Assembly: GCF_006345805.1 (NCBI RefSeq)
Contig: NC_042998.1
Location: 105,524,001 to 105,588,000 of the forward strand
Length of the DNA stretch: 64,000 nucleotides
Origin: Octopus sinensis
Taxonomy: Eukaryota
Direction: 5' to 3'
Shown: positions 24,464 to 37,775 of the stretch, in pieces
Layout of the letters: each line of letters begins with the position of its first letter
How positions within the stretch are numbered: position 1 is the first letter of the stretch
The notes under the pieces: generated by a model
Database searches by the model: none
Told to the model about the DNA's origin: nothing
Seen by the model: the letters and a program-made list of their open reading frames with translations, nothing else
Translations under genes and position numbers: made by a program

Positions 24464-24632
24464 AAAAATAGGATAAAATCTTTATAAGAATTTATCAAGT
24501 AGTCAGCGTGAAAAACCTCATAAGGAAAAAATTAAAAATTATTCCCTTTAAATATATCTATTTATATTAAGGGCATCACTACATGTAAGTCCCTCATAGC
24601 GCGAAGCATTTACGTGTAGTAATGCCCTTAAG

Positions 24633-24690
<58 letters not shown>

Positions 24691-24876
24691 TGAGAAAAAA
24701 AGGTGTCACCAGAATTTTGTAAAAAATTTTTTATCTATTTCAAAAAAGATTTTTTTCCAAATCTCTGGCAACCTCCTGTTTTCTCAATAACAATATATGT
24801 ACACCACTTCTAACACTCTATACATACATACATACATACATACATACATACATACATACATACATACATACATACA

Positions 24877-24907
<31 letters not shown>

Positions 24908-24939
24908 GTATATGTATATATATGTATATATACATATGA

Positions 24940-25300
24940 TGGCCATCAATTTGCTTTCAGATATAACTACTTTCTAATTTCAGACATATGCCTGTCACAG
25001 TTTTGATAGTTTTCCTGACATGGGCCCTCAGACTACTACCTAACCCTGGTTTTCTCTTAAAATTTTTATAACAAATGTAGTACATAATTTTGTCAAGAAT
25101 GCCACTAACAGTGACACCCTATTTGTGATATGTCTAAAATGAATTTTCCATGCCTTAGCAGAACAGCACTCCTTTTTGATATATGGATGACAGCACTCCG
25201 ATGAGGCTCTTGAAGTTGTATGCAAATAAGCAGCTTGTGTCTAAGGTATATACTAAACAATACCAGGAAATCTTTTATGTCTGACATAGAATGGGCGTTT
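24940..25300 (-). mobile_element. Degenerate RTE-like 3' end with C2H2-like remnant
   Basis: Minus strand YICYKNFKRKPGLGSSLRAHVRK. Confidence 0.45.
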
Positions 25301-25374
25301 AGTTGCGCACACACACATGCACACACACACACACACACACACAGAGAAAGAGAGAGATGTAGACAGTTGGACAG

Positions 25375-25500
<126 letters not shown>

Positions 25501-25787
25501 ACACATATGTATATGTAGGTTGTAAGTAGATAGCACATTTAGACTTGACTCATATATTTACATGAAGCACAAAATACAAATGATAAAAGAAAAAGTTATG
25601 TAAACTCATATCTCAACAACTGTTTCAAGATGGCCATAACTTATGTAATAACCATATTCATTACAAATATGTGCATCTTGTCATAGATGTGTGAGCAGTA
25701 ACAAGTCTAGATGAAATTGTTAATGTAATTTAGTGTTTCCAACTTATTTTAACAACTACATCTGGTTTCACACCTATGGCCACATGC

Positions 25788-25822
<35 letters not shown>

Positions 25823-26667
25823 TGTATGTATGTATGTGTAATGGGATTCCACACAAATTTAGTGTACTAAATTCTTTCACAGGGCATTGATTGGTCTGAA
25901 GCTTTAGTGGAAAACACTTGCTCAAGGTGTCACACACTGAAACTGGAACCATGCACAACACACAAACACACACACACACACACACACATACACACACGCA
26001 TAAACCCACATATACATACATACATACATACATACATACATACATACGTAATGACATCCACCCATACATAGATATGTGCATGTGAGTGTGAGAATATATG
26101 TGTGCATGCATGTGCCTGTGCTTATGTGTATGCATGCATGTATTTGTGTGTGAGATGCTATAGTGTAATGTGGTAAATCCCAGCAAATCGTTTCCCCCAA
26201 CACCTTTTTAATTTTCAAATTAGCCATTACATATATTCTTGATGTTTTTCTTGGCAGACAATGTAAATAAATGAAGTTGTTTTTATTCATGGTTGACACA
26301 TAATGTATATTTGTAATGTCTGTATACACAGGAAAGAATGCTATCCAACAAAAAAGATATATTACTTTCTAATTGCATTGGATTGAGTTATCTCCTATGT
26401 ATACAAACATTACAGATAGATCAATGGGATATTATTAGAATTTTGATTATGTATACCTTTCTATGACCAAAGTAGAACACCACCTTGAAGGGTTTTAGTC
26501 AAACAAATCGACCCCAGTATTAATTTTTAGTGTTTGGTACTTATTCTATCAGTCACCTCTTCTGAACAACTAAGTTATGTGGATGTAAACAAAATGACAC
26601 CAGATGTCAAGCAGTGGAAGGGGTGTAAACGCAGACAGGATGCATACACACACATGCACACAAGCAA

Positions 26668-27808
26668 GATCTGGAATCAAAGAGCCTTAGAGTTAATTTA
26701 GCAAAGACCAAAGTATTGGTAAGTAGGAAAAAATAGACAAACCACAGATCCCTTCGAGGAGATGGCCCTGCTCAATATGTAGAAAGGATGTTCCCAGTGC
26801 AAGCTATGATCACATAAGAAGTGCAGCATTATCACTGGTTGACTAACAGAGAAGGTAGTATTTACATATGGCAGATGTGCAGGTATACTAAACATCAGGA
26901 ATACACAAAAAGTGAATTCCCTCATATGTCAGTGGGGATCCCTAGAAGTAATAGACAGTTTCCATTACTTATGGGACCAAGTCAGTAGTTGGGATGGTTG
27001 TTCTAAAAACATAGCTGCTAGAATAAGAATAGGGTGGATGAAGTTCAGAGAGTTACTACCTCTATTGGTAACAAAGGTCCTCTCTATTAGAGTGAAAGGG
27101 AGATTGAATGATGTCTGTGTATGAACAGCTATACTTTATGGCAGTGGAACATGGGCTGTGACTACTGAGGATATGTGAAAACTTAAAGGAAATGAAGCTA
27201 GTGGGCTTCACTGGATGGGTAATATCAATGTGCATATTCATCAGAATGTAAGTGATTTGAGAGAAAAACTGGGTATACATAGCATCAGATGTAGTGTGCA
27301 AGAAAGAAGTCTGTGCTGGTATGTAATTCATATGAATGTGGACAGTTGCATCTAATTGTAGAGACAACATGTGGAAGGGGTAGACCTAGGAAGATATGAA
27401 ACAAAGTAAGAAAGGATCTACAAATGGGACTCACATAGGGGATGACAAGAAACCAAGACCCCTGGTGGTTTGCTGTGCTTGAAAAGACACATCAAGCTAA
27501 GTAAAATTGCAGTTGTTCTTGCATACAGGCTCATCACCTGCAACCCCCTCCAGTTTACCATTCCTAATCTTGCAAGCTCATAAGTGCTGGTGCCATGCAA
27601 AAAGCAACTATGCTGGTGCTGTGTAAAATCACTCATGCCGATGTTGTGTAAAGCCAGCCAGTACATTCTGTAAAGTGGTTGGGCATTCAGCTATTGGTAC
27701 CATGACAAAATAGACAGGGATCCTGAACAGCCCTTCAGCTGGTCAGCTCCTGTCAAACCGTCCAAACCATACCAGCATGAAAGTGGACATTAAATGATGA
27801 TGATGATC
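26668..27808 (+). mobile_element. RTE-clade LINE, 5'-truncated and degenerate, with a PHD-like finger in the RT
   Basis: LESKSLRVNLAKTKVLVS, Cys/His cluster, LEVIDSFHYLW, ARIRIGWMKFRELLPLL, ILYGSGTW; 3'UTR ends in (GAT)n. Confidence 0.85.
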
Positions 27809-28564
27809 TTCCACAGAACTCACCAAAACTAAACACTGATATCTAAGCATATCTAAACCTAATAAGATTATCTACAAAGAAAAACCAATCAATTCCAGAG
27901 TAAATGATCTCCACAAGCTATGAATCAGTAAACACTTTCCACTTTACATGAATGAAGGGCAACAACTCTAAATAACAAGACTAAGATATAAGAAATTCTC
28001 AATCAAGCATAACACATGTGTATTGCCATCATCAGCTACCAAGCAAATATCACTATGGTTTTGACACCTGAGCAATTCAACCTAACAGAGTCAACAGCAT
28101 TAAAAATATATATGCTGCCTGGGAATCCACCAGCTTATTACTACAAGTAACAACATCAAAGTAAACAAATAGTATTATCTTATAGTGACAAAATAGTACT
28201 TATAAAACAAAGAACTAATTCCAAAATGAACATTCAGATACTATATCACGTATAGACTACTAGATACTTTATATCTTAATCTACATTACATCACAAACAT
28301 GATATCACACCAAAACCAAGTCTAATAAAGACTAGTGGAATGGAACACCTCATAAACAACATCCTTGAGCAATCTATAAAGAAAAGGACAAGCTTTGATC
28401 AATATCTACAAATATGTACAATAATATAAAATATATAAAGCAAATAAATTGCTTATTAAATGTAAAACAATACAATAAAAAACAGAATCAAAATTAATTT
28501 AAATTTTTAGAATTATATCTATCTATCTATCTGTGTATATATACATATATATACACACACATGC

Positions 28565-28599
<35 letters not shown>

Positions 28600-28601
<2 letters not shown>

Positions 28602-29400
28602 TGTATCACCTAACTGTCTTGATGTTTTGCGTTCTTGTCCCATTTTGTATTTTATATACACTTTGGTCTCTTATATGTAAGTATACTTTGGTCTCTTATA
28701 TGTAAGTATATATTTATCTAAATCTTGTACGACTCTACTCTTTTATTCTTTCCTTCTTTCTATCAGCCCTTTCATACTTACTTCATTCATTCCACTCTTC
28801 GTTCTTTTATTCTTCCTCTCTCACATTTCATTGCCTTGTCTTCATGCTCACTTTCCCTCCTTTTTTCACTTCGCTGTGTCCCTGTCATTTTTTCTCGCCC
28901 TCTCCTTATTTCTTCTGTCCCTCTGCCTCTACCTCTCTCTCTTCTCTCCCCACGTGACCAGTGTTTGGCAAAGCCTGACCTTTCTTGGTTTGGCCACTGT
29001 CAGTGCAACATCTATATTCTTCCCTGTGATTGTGAAATCTTGTATCCCCGCCAGCTTAATTTAATTCGTCTTTAGTCAAAAGACACCTGTTGTTATGTCC
29101 TGTTATTGTATTTGTGTAACCTTCCCCATTTTTTTCTGTCCTTGTTTATATATACATTCGCTGCTTTCTTCCAAAGAATCTAACACTCTTAGCTTAGTTT
29201 TTCCTTGGGGCTGGCTAGATTGGAGCAATCTCGAGTATAACCATCTGAAATTGCAAAGATAATCTGGAACTCAACTGAGGAAAGAAAATTCTGAATGACC
29301 CATCCTTGTTTTCTTTGTATCATCTATCAGGGTCTTTTGTTGCCTCTTTCTTGTATCACCAAAGTGTCTAGATGTTTTACATTCTTGTCCCACTTTGCAT
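28600..29400. repeat. Unclassified repeat with ~55-bp direct terminal repeats (Penelope-like organisation possible)
   Basis: TGTATCACC...GATGTTTT...TTCTTGTCCCA at ~28603-28655 and ~29352-29400; no GIY-YIG or RT recognised. Confidence 0.35.
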
Positions 29401-29949
29401 TTATGTGTGTGTGTGTGTGAGGGGGCATCTACAAAATACACTCACAAAGCATTGTCAGCTTGAGGCTAGAGTAGAAGACAGTTGCTCAAGGTGTCTCACA
29501 ATGGGACTGTATTAAAAACAATGCAGTCATGAATCAAGGCTCCTTACCACTCAGCCATGCCTGTGCCTGATTATTAATTGAAAGTAGCTGCTTAGTTAAA
29601 GACAGAATGCAAAACCCAACTCTAACATTCTATGAGTCTTAAAAGTATAATAAATGTAAAACATAGGTAAAAATATTAAGAATCACTTTCTCTGAAAATT
29701 GCGATTTTGTGCTAAGAGAATAGATATTTGTTTTAGCAGGCAGGATCAGTGACAGCTAAGGACATGTTTCTGTATCATTAGAACTCATCCACATAAAATA
29801 ATCAAAGTATCAGAAAATGAATCCCCAAGTTGTCTGAATGTTAACTGAATATTTGTAGCAGTTTTGAAATATGATGTGTATTGGTGGTGCTATATAACAT
29901 ACAGTTTATTGGTGTTTCTGTGTTTACATTGAACTGGTGTGTATGTATA

Positions 29950-29988
<39 letters not shown>

Positions 29989-30504
29989 AAGAAAGAAATC
30001 AATGAAAGCAATGAAAGAAAATGTAAGTGCATATATTAGTGCGAATATATGTATCCATATACAGTTATAAGAGTATCTCTATCGGCTTTATTTAATTATA
30101 AATTAATGGGTCTGTATATTGGAAGCCAAAGCTTATATTCGTATATGTGTAAATATGTATATTGACTCTGTAGCTCTTTATGTGATGTAATTTTGTAGCA
30201 TATGGCATAGAGCCACCAAGGTTTTTAAGATACTCAGTTCATCACACCATTCAGTTTAATACCATCATCTTGCCCATGGTAACTCACTCAGTAACATGCT
30301 TTTGAACCTCGCTCTAGAAATGGGTTACCATGACCGCACAATGTGCTGACTTTTTCTACATTCTTTTACATGTCACCACCTAAAATTAAATCAGTCACAC
30401 AATCCTTCCACCCTTTCACAAAGCTCCATGTACTCCAAACCACTCTAGATCCCCCACATCACATTTTATCGATCTATATAAAAGGCAGGATGTGTGTGTG
30501 TGTA

Positions 30505-30845
30505 CATCATCATCATCATCATCGTTTAACGTCCGCTTTCCATGCTAGCATGGGTTGGACGATTTGACTGAAGTCTGGCAAACCAGATGGCTGCACCAGA
30601 CTCCAATCTGATCTGGCAGAGTTTCTACAGCTGGATGCCCTTCCTAATGCCAAACACTCCAAGAGTGTAGTGGGTGCTTTTACGTGTTACCGGCATGAGA
30701 GCCAGTCAGGTGGTACTGGCAACGGCCACGCTCAAACGATGTTTTTTTATGTGCCACCTGCACAGGAGCCAGTCCAGCATCACTGGCAACGACCTCGCTC
30801 GAATATTTTTTATGTGCCACCAGCACAAGCGCCAGTAAAGCAATG
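30505..30845 (-). mobile_element. RTE-family 3'UTR with ~67-bp tandem units
   Basis: (CAT)n tail, palindrome, repeated TTTTATGTGCCACC...GCCAGT-n8-ACTGGC. Confidence 0.85.
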
Positions 30846-31254
30846 CAGTGAATGTAATTGATGCACATCCACAAATTAGCACGCATGTTGCTCCAATTTT
30901 AGGAGGGCATTCATCATGACCCTAGCTGTATTTTTGTCAACTTATTTTTACCAGAGGCACCAGCAAATAGCAGTAAAAATAAATTTTCAACCAAAACTTT
31001 TAACAATTTTCAAGTTGGAGAAATGACTATTGTTTGCAAACAGGAGTTCAGTCCCCTTCTAGCGATGAGTAAGTTTTTGTTAAGACTTTTGTTGTTTTTT
31101 CCATCGAGGAAGGAAGTGTTTTGTTGATATAAGGGCAACACGCGCGTGAACATGTATGCGTACAAAAAACATGTATGCAATAGGTATACATACGTACGTG
31201 TGTGTATGTGTGTGTTACCCATATATATACATATATACATACTCACATACATAC

Positions 31255-31297
<43 letters not shown>

Positions 31298-31539
31298 AAT
31301 TTCAACGGATTTCGCCCAAATTTGACGTCGATATTACTTAGTTTGGTTTGAAATAAAGAACTTGATTAGCTCAATAATCCTAACTTAATTCCAAACAAAG
31401 CCAAGTTATACTGCTAGTTAATATATATAAGTCACATATTCTATTGTTCACTAATGTAAAAATTCCTCAGTTACTATCTAGAATCCATATTTGTTGTTCA
31501 GGCTACATTCTATGCTCAAACTTCATTCCAAAATGTAAT

Positions 31540-33560
31540 GTTTGTGCATAGATACAACTCTCCTCATCATTCAGCTTCCCCATAAAGATATCACCAAAGA
31601 CCCCCTCCCCCCCGCCACCAACAATTTTCCAAATACAAGTGCTTCCTCTATCAGTTCCTGAACTGCTCAAAATTTTGCTCTTGTTTCTTCTTGTCACGTG
31701 GATATACATTTCTCTCGCTTCACCACTCTCTGAAGTCATCTTTGCTGACTTCTGTGCTCAAAACTCTGCTTGGTTGTCATATTCATTCTATTCTGTTGCT
31801 GCCAATGTAGAATCCAATTCTTTTGTAATCCTAAACCCCCTATATCAAATATTTTCATCCTCTATTCACATCTTTGACTGACACAAAGGTACTCAAAACA
31901 CTTCTGATTCAATTCTTAACTCCAAATCCTGCTCCTATCAAACTATTTCTATCTCTGTAACTCTGTATCTGGTCAACCAACATCTTCCTTGTGACTACAC
32001 ATCACACATCCACATATTATACATTACACTCCACCACCTCCCCGACACATTGGTATTTCAGTCAGCTGACTGGTCTGTGCTCTACTAGTTCTATTAACCA
32101 TCCTTGACATCACATGTGCTTCATTCTTGACCCATCAGAAACAATTAAGTAAATTACTAAAATCATCTCTTAAGTATTGTCCTTCCATATGCTATGTACA
32201 ACAAAAACTCACAGCCCTTAATGCTTCAAGTGTTTCATTCATAACTGCATTATGTCAGTTCAAGGAATAAACATAGCAGTTAACACTTGGAGAAAACCAC
32301 AAAGCACCACAAACAGGAATGCCTTTATTCAGTGCCATAACTTCTACAAGACCATCAACTGAACTGCAAAGAATACCTTGGTGATTTATACAGCCTTCAA
32401 ACTGCAGCTGATCCATTTAGTCTCTTGTGAAAATGGTCCCTGCCAATTGTGTTGTATTCTTCTTTCCTATACTTTCAACCATAATGGTTCTGTGAGCAGT
32501 ACCTGCAAAGAAAAATACCCCTCTAGATTATTATTAGTTATGCATGCAACTCCACATACCACATAAATCTCCCAAACTACCCCTTTATACGCTCAAGTTT
32601 ACCATCATGCACATGCCAGGTACAAAAAGAACTTCTAATTATTTTAGACCAAAAATACTACCAACCCTGACAATATCCCTTCCATTACATTCAGACAGTG
32701 TGTTGTAGAGTCAGTCAGTATACTCATCAATGTCTCTCATTCCATGGGGATATATCCAAATATTTAAAAATACAGTACAGTGTGTCCTATGTTCAAGAAA
32801 AGCAATAACTCTGACCCTGCCAGTTACCTTCCAAACATACAAACTTCCAACATATTAAAGTTGATGGAGACAGCTGTGACCTACCACCTCTTCCACTACC
32901 TTGAATATCTCTTCTTCCTGAGTAAAGAATTGTACAACTTTCATAAAATCAGATTTATTCTTTACTACTCTAGGCACAAAGCCCTAAATTTTGGGGGAGG
33001 GGGGGACAATCAATTAAATCGACCCCAGTATGCAACTGGTATTTGATTAATCAATCCCGAAAGAATGAAACGCAAAGTTAACCTTGGCGGAATAAAATCA
33101 GATTTATGGGAGACCTACTCCTATGTCATCCACAATGGGATCTTGCCCACCAGACATAAAAGATGTGTCATTGCCCACAACATCAGCAAAATTGTTGACA
33201 ACATCTAGAAGGAAATTTTACCATAAAAACTGATTGTAGGACTCTTTTGTTTTTTTTATTCTTATCACCTACATTCTGGCAAACCTCCCTCCATACACAC
33301 ATCTCATATACTTTGCACACCACACACTTGTTATTACACTCAAGTTCTCTATATGCAGAACATCAGAACTCTTGAACTCTTTGAGCATGTATATTTTTAG
33401 AAATTGACTTGCAACAACTTAAGAGGTACCCGAGAAAGGCAACACAAATAATTAACAAGAAGTCAATCACAAACAGGCATCAACTAGAGCGCCACAGATG
33501 TTCTGTCATATCTCTCTGCTTTTACTATTATTATCATGACCTCTTCTCCTCATAGTTTAC
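31540..33560 (+). pseudogene. Highly degenerate CR1-group LINE ORF2, interrupted by a SINE A piece (~32945-33095)
   Basis: VCPMFKKSNNSDPASYLP...SNILKLMET (decayed PxFKKGDxSDPxNYRPI...KxME); DLLSYVIHN...IAHNISK. Confidence 0.65.
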
Positions 33561-34189
33561 TGCCCTTCTAAAATCTTCTATCATAATCAAAGGCAGCTTG
33601 TAAACAATGTTTCAATGAGATCAAATATGATATGAACATTTCCAGTAGCTGTGACTTTGACTACTAAGAAAGATCAAATTTTTTCCCTAGGCAAAGCTTC
33701 AGTTTGCTATGAAATTCATTCTTAATTACTAGGAAATATTCCTCTGTTTCTTTTAGAATCACTATCAATTACCAATACTATTTGTTTCTTTTCGTAACAA
33801 AAGACAAATTTCAATTCAATATGAATTATTTTGCATAAACCTTTCAGCACATGCCCAATAACCCAAGCTACCTAAATAGATGGATGTCATTGGCTCACTT
33901 CAGTTTCCATTAGTTCATGTTTTTGTAATTTAGCAAATATACTTATGCAGTAATCACAAGTTAAAATATAACTTTATTTACCATCATCCGGCAAAGATTC
34001 TTTGAGATATTGTTTCTTCTCTCAAAAGCAGACTTCCATCACTCAATAGAAAACTATATTATAAGCACACATATTTTTGTGAAATTGAATCTCCTTTCTG
34101 TGAATAAGGAATTATGAATAAGTATGTATGTATGTAATAATATAAATAATATATAAATATATGCATATATACATACATATATGTACATA

Positions 34190-34710
34190 CCTACATCTAT
34201 ATGTATATATGCATACATATATGGGTACAAGACATCAAAAAAACGTTGAACACAATGAGAAACGAACCATTTTTCAAACAATGAAAGAACAGAGTACAAG
34301 ACATACAACACAAGGAATATTCCCCTTCTTCAGTTGTCCCTGTTTCGTCTACTCCACATTTAGAAGGTAAGGACAAGACGCAACTTCGTTGAAACAGTTG
34401 TTCCTGCAAAGCAAATTAAATAAAATTTGGGATTCTTTGCAGAGAGGTAAAAGTGGCATCAAGAACAGGACAGTAAGAACAAAACAAGACATTAAAAACA
34501 GTAAAAGACAGAACAAAGAGAATAACACAGTAAAAACAAATGATGAGGGCTGTTAAGCCAAGATGATGGAAAAATAATTTTGAACACTTGAGGAGACAGC
34601 TTATTATGAGAGAGACAGGATAAGCAGTCTTATCTTGGTGAAGATAGCAGTCAGAAAGATGGCTTCCCTCTGGTCACGTGTCAGTGACAAGAGAGTCGAG
34701 GAGGAGGAGG
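34190..34710. repeat. Unclassified interspersed repeat, related to 61140-61620
   Basis: Same block order: ...ATATTCCCCTTCTTCAGTTG / TTACCCTTCATCAGTTG..., AAATAAAATTT, AACAGGACAGTA, GTCACGTG. Confidence 0.5.
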
Positions 34711-35654
34711 AGGAGGAGGAGTAAGAGTGAGGGAACAGTAAAGGGGAGAGGAGAAGAATAGGAAAGGGTGGGAGAGAAAAGCAGTATGTATGTATGTATG
34801 TGTGTGTGTGTGTGGTGTGTGTGTGTGTGGTGTGTGTGTGTGTGTGTGTGTATGAGTGAGTGAATAAGCAAAAGAACATTGTGTTCAACCTATTTGGTTG
34901 GAATTCTATGTATTTAATAAAAGTTTGACTTAGTGTCATATTTTTTTTAAGATCATGGGTGCAGAGTATGTCTACATCAATAGATGATATGAATATGTTC
35001 TATGTCCTAGGCTCTTTAAATCATATGGAGCCAAATCATTCATCTGTATATAAACACTCACACACACACATACATGCACACACATATGTTGAATCATTAA
35101 TCCTTACACATTTTTTTCTCTCCCCATTTTTTTTCCGTTTTTTTCTTCCATTTTTTCCCTCTCAGTCCTTTCTGTCAAAGAACATAGATTTGAAACATCA
35201 ATGACTTCCATTCTTCTCGAGCATCGAACTACTACACCTGCTTGTTGTTCTCTCGCCTGTCTTCATCTTTTGTTTTCCTTAAATTTGAACTATATATATA
35301 TATAAATATAGATAAATCGAGAGAGAGAGAGAGAGAGAAACCTTTCAACAAAAATTATTGATATAGTAAAATTAGCTCCACCACTAAAGGATGTATCATA
35401 ATGACCAACTGGCAATTATGGCTAGCTCTGCTTGTGAAGGGGAGATAATCCTGAGATTTAAAAATCCCTAAAATTAATATGCCATCAAGAAAAGCAACAA
35501 GCTTGTAGTCCAGAGAAAAGAGGATATTCAAGCTTTCATTACCATGTCAATTGCTTGACCTTATTCCCAGCAGCCAATGTACTTCAATTTATAGAAAACA
35601 AGAGAATACAGTAATGGCCTAAATAATTTGCATTATTTAAACAAAAGTGAGCTA

Positions 35655-35995
35655 AGTGGCCATGGCTGTGAGATCACAGCCATGCACGTCCAGGCCTTTT
35701 AAGAATACTCCTGATGCATTGGGTGATATGATATACTTGAGAAGACCTGTTGAGTTAATTAAAACGAATATCGTAGCTGGAGCCAGAGTCCCCCGACTAG
35801 CTCCCATGCCAATGGCATGTAAAAAGCACCATTCAAACATGGTCGATGCCAAGTCTGCCTGACTGGCTCCTGTGCCGGTGGCATGTAAAAAGCACCAACT
35901 GATCGTGACTGATGCCAGTATCCCCTGACTAGTTCTTGTGCCAATGGTACATAAAAAGTACCATCCAAACGTGTTCATTACCAGGCCTGACTTAC
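35655..35995 (+). repeat. ~66-bp tandem array from the RTE-family 3'UTR
   Basis: Three units GACT(A/G)G(C/T)TC...GCC...TGG(C/T)A...AAAAAG(C/T)ACC; reverse complement of the units at 30680-30845. Confidence 0.8.
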
Positions 35996-35998
35996 TGA

Positions 35999-36473
35999 AT
36001 TACAGCAGATGTATACATCAACCAACTGGATGAAATGCTGAGTGAACTTGCAATTAAACAACCAAGATTGGTCAACAGAGACAAGCCAATTCTCTTGCAA
36101 GACAATGCTAAACAAAAGGTTGCACAAAGAATACTACTCAATTTACAGCAACTAAACTTGGAAGTACTCTGTCATCAACCACTATATTTACCAGACCTTG
36201 CACCAACTGACTATCATGTTTCCCAGGCATTGGACAACTTTTTTGCAAGGAAAAACTTCAAATCTGAAGAAGATGCAAAAACAGCCTTTTGTGATTTCAT
36301 CACCTCTTACTCTCCAGAATTCTTTGTTGCTGGCATAAATAACCTACCAATAAAGTGGCAAAATTATGTTGATAATTTAGGTGCATACTTTGATTAACTA
36401 CATTGCTTTTTGTTGAGATAGAGTAAAATAATCTTTCAATTCAAAATCGGACATTTCATTCTTAATGACCTGA
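35999..36473 (+). mobile_element. Mariner (DD34D) 3' half with right TIR
   Basis: ITADVYINQLDEM...ILLQDNAK...LYLPDLAPTDYH...GAYFD*; ends CTTAATGACCTGA|TA. Confidence 0.9.
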
Positions 36474-36493
36474 TATATATGTGTATGTATATA

Positions 36494-36725
36494 TCATCAT
36501 CATCATTTAACGTCCGTTTTCCATGCTAGCATGGGTTGGACGGTTCAACCGGGGTCTGGTAAGCCATGGAGGCTGCACCAGGCTCTAGTCTGATTTGGCA
36601 GTGTTTCTACAGCTGGATGCCCTTCCTAACGCCAACCACTCCATGAGTGTAGTGGGTGTTTTTTACGTGCCACCGACACAGGGGCCAGAGAAAGCTGGCA
36701 AACAGCCATGATAGGTTGGTGCTTT
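36494..36725 (-). mobile_element. LINE 3'UTR, (GAT)n-tail family
   Basis: TTTAACGTCCGTTTTCCATGCTAGCATGGGTTGGACGG. Confidence 0.85.
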
Positions 36726-36835
36726 TACATATATATATATGTACATGTGTGAGTTCATGCCTGTGTATATACGCTTGTGTGTGTGTGTGTATGTATATGT
36801 ATATATGTACATACATATATATATGTGTGTGTATG

Positions 36836-36867
<32 letters not shown>

Positions 36868-36984
36868 TACATACATACACACAGACATGCACTCACACAT
36901 GTACACGTGCATGTGTGTGTGTGTGTGTGCGTGTGTGTGTGTGAAATACTTCAGTGACCTGACTGTGTGTCTATTGAGTTACGT

Positions 36985-37690
36985 ATAGAACAAAATCAAA
37001 TGCAATGGGCTGGGCACCTTGTAGTTATGTTAGATGGGAGACCACCCAAGTAGTTGTTTTATGAGGTGTTTCTGTTTGGAAGACAACCACAGCATAAGCC
37101 AGAGAAAGAGTACAAAGACTGTAATCATGACAACTTAATGGAACTGAAAATAGATGTTCAATTCAGGGAAGAGAAAGTTACAGATAGAAATAGATGTCTC
37201 TGATGAAGCTTGATATTGCCAGCTTTAAGCTAACCAAAAGCCAGATTAAACCGCTAAAACATACTTTGAGATCTGGTGCATGCACCAGATAAAATTAAGA
37301 ATTGGAAATGTAGACATTGTGACTGGCATTTCTTGTCAAAAGCTGGTTACATAAACCACGCGAAATCACAGAGTAATTTGTGTAATCAAGATGCATCTAA
37401 TGATTATTTGCCACCTTTTAAAGGTAACAACACCTCTATTGTATGTGGAAAAATCTGAGTAACCCATGTTTGAAAAGAGATATGAAAGTGCATAAGATTG
37501 CCATAGCACAAGGAAGCTATGTAAACCCTCTGGAAGTTTGGAATCTTATCTGTCACACATTTGAAACCTTGCCAGTTAGCTGCTAGTCTTAAGAGCCATC
37601 TCAGAGTGAACAGATGTAATGGAGATTATCAGGATAATTGAGATTAATCGAGACAGCTATAATCTGTCAAGATGAAGTGATCATACATGT
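36985..37690 (+). mobile_element. RTE-clade LINE 3' end with up to three decayed C2H2 fingers
   Basis: MQWAGHLVVMLDGRPPK*LFYE...HKPEKEYKDC; CRHCDWHFLSKAGYINH; VCGKI; SLKSHLRV. Confidence 0.75.
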
Positions 37691-37744
37691 ACATATACAC
37701 ATATATTCATAGAAACACACATGTACATATATATACACACATAC

Positions 37745-37775
<31 letters not shown>

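Noticed and set aside
28661-28710. 25-bp perfect tandem duplication (similar small ones near 21145, 55490, 63493)
   Set aside because: Ordinary slippage or repair duplications with no further structure.
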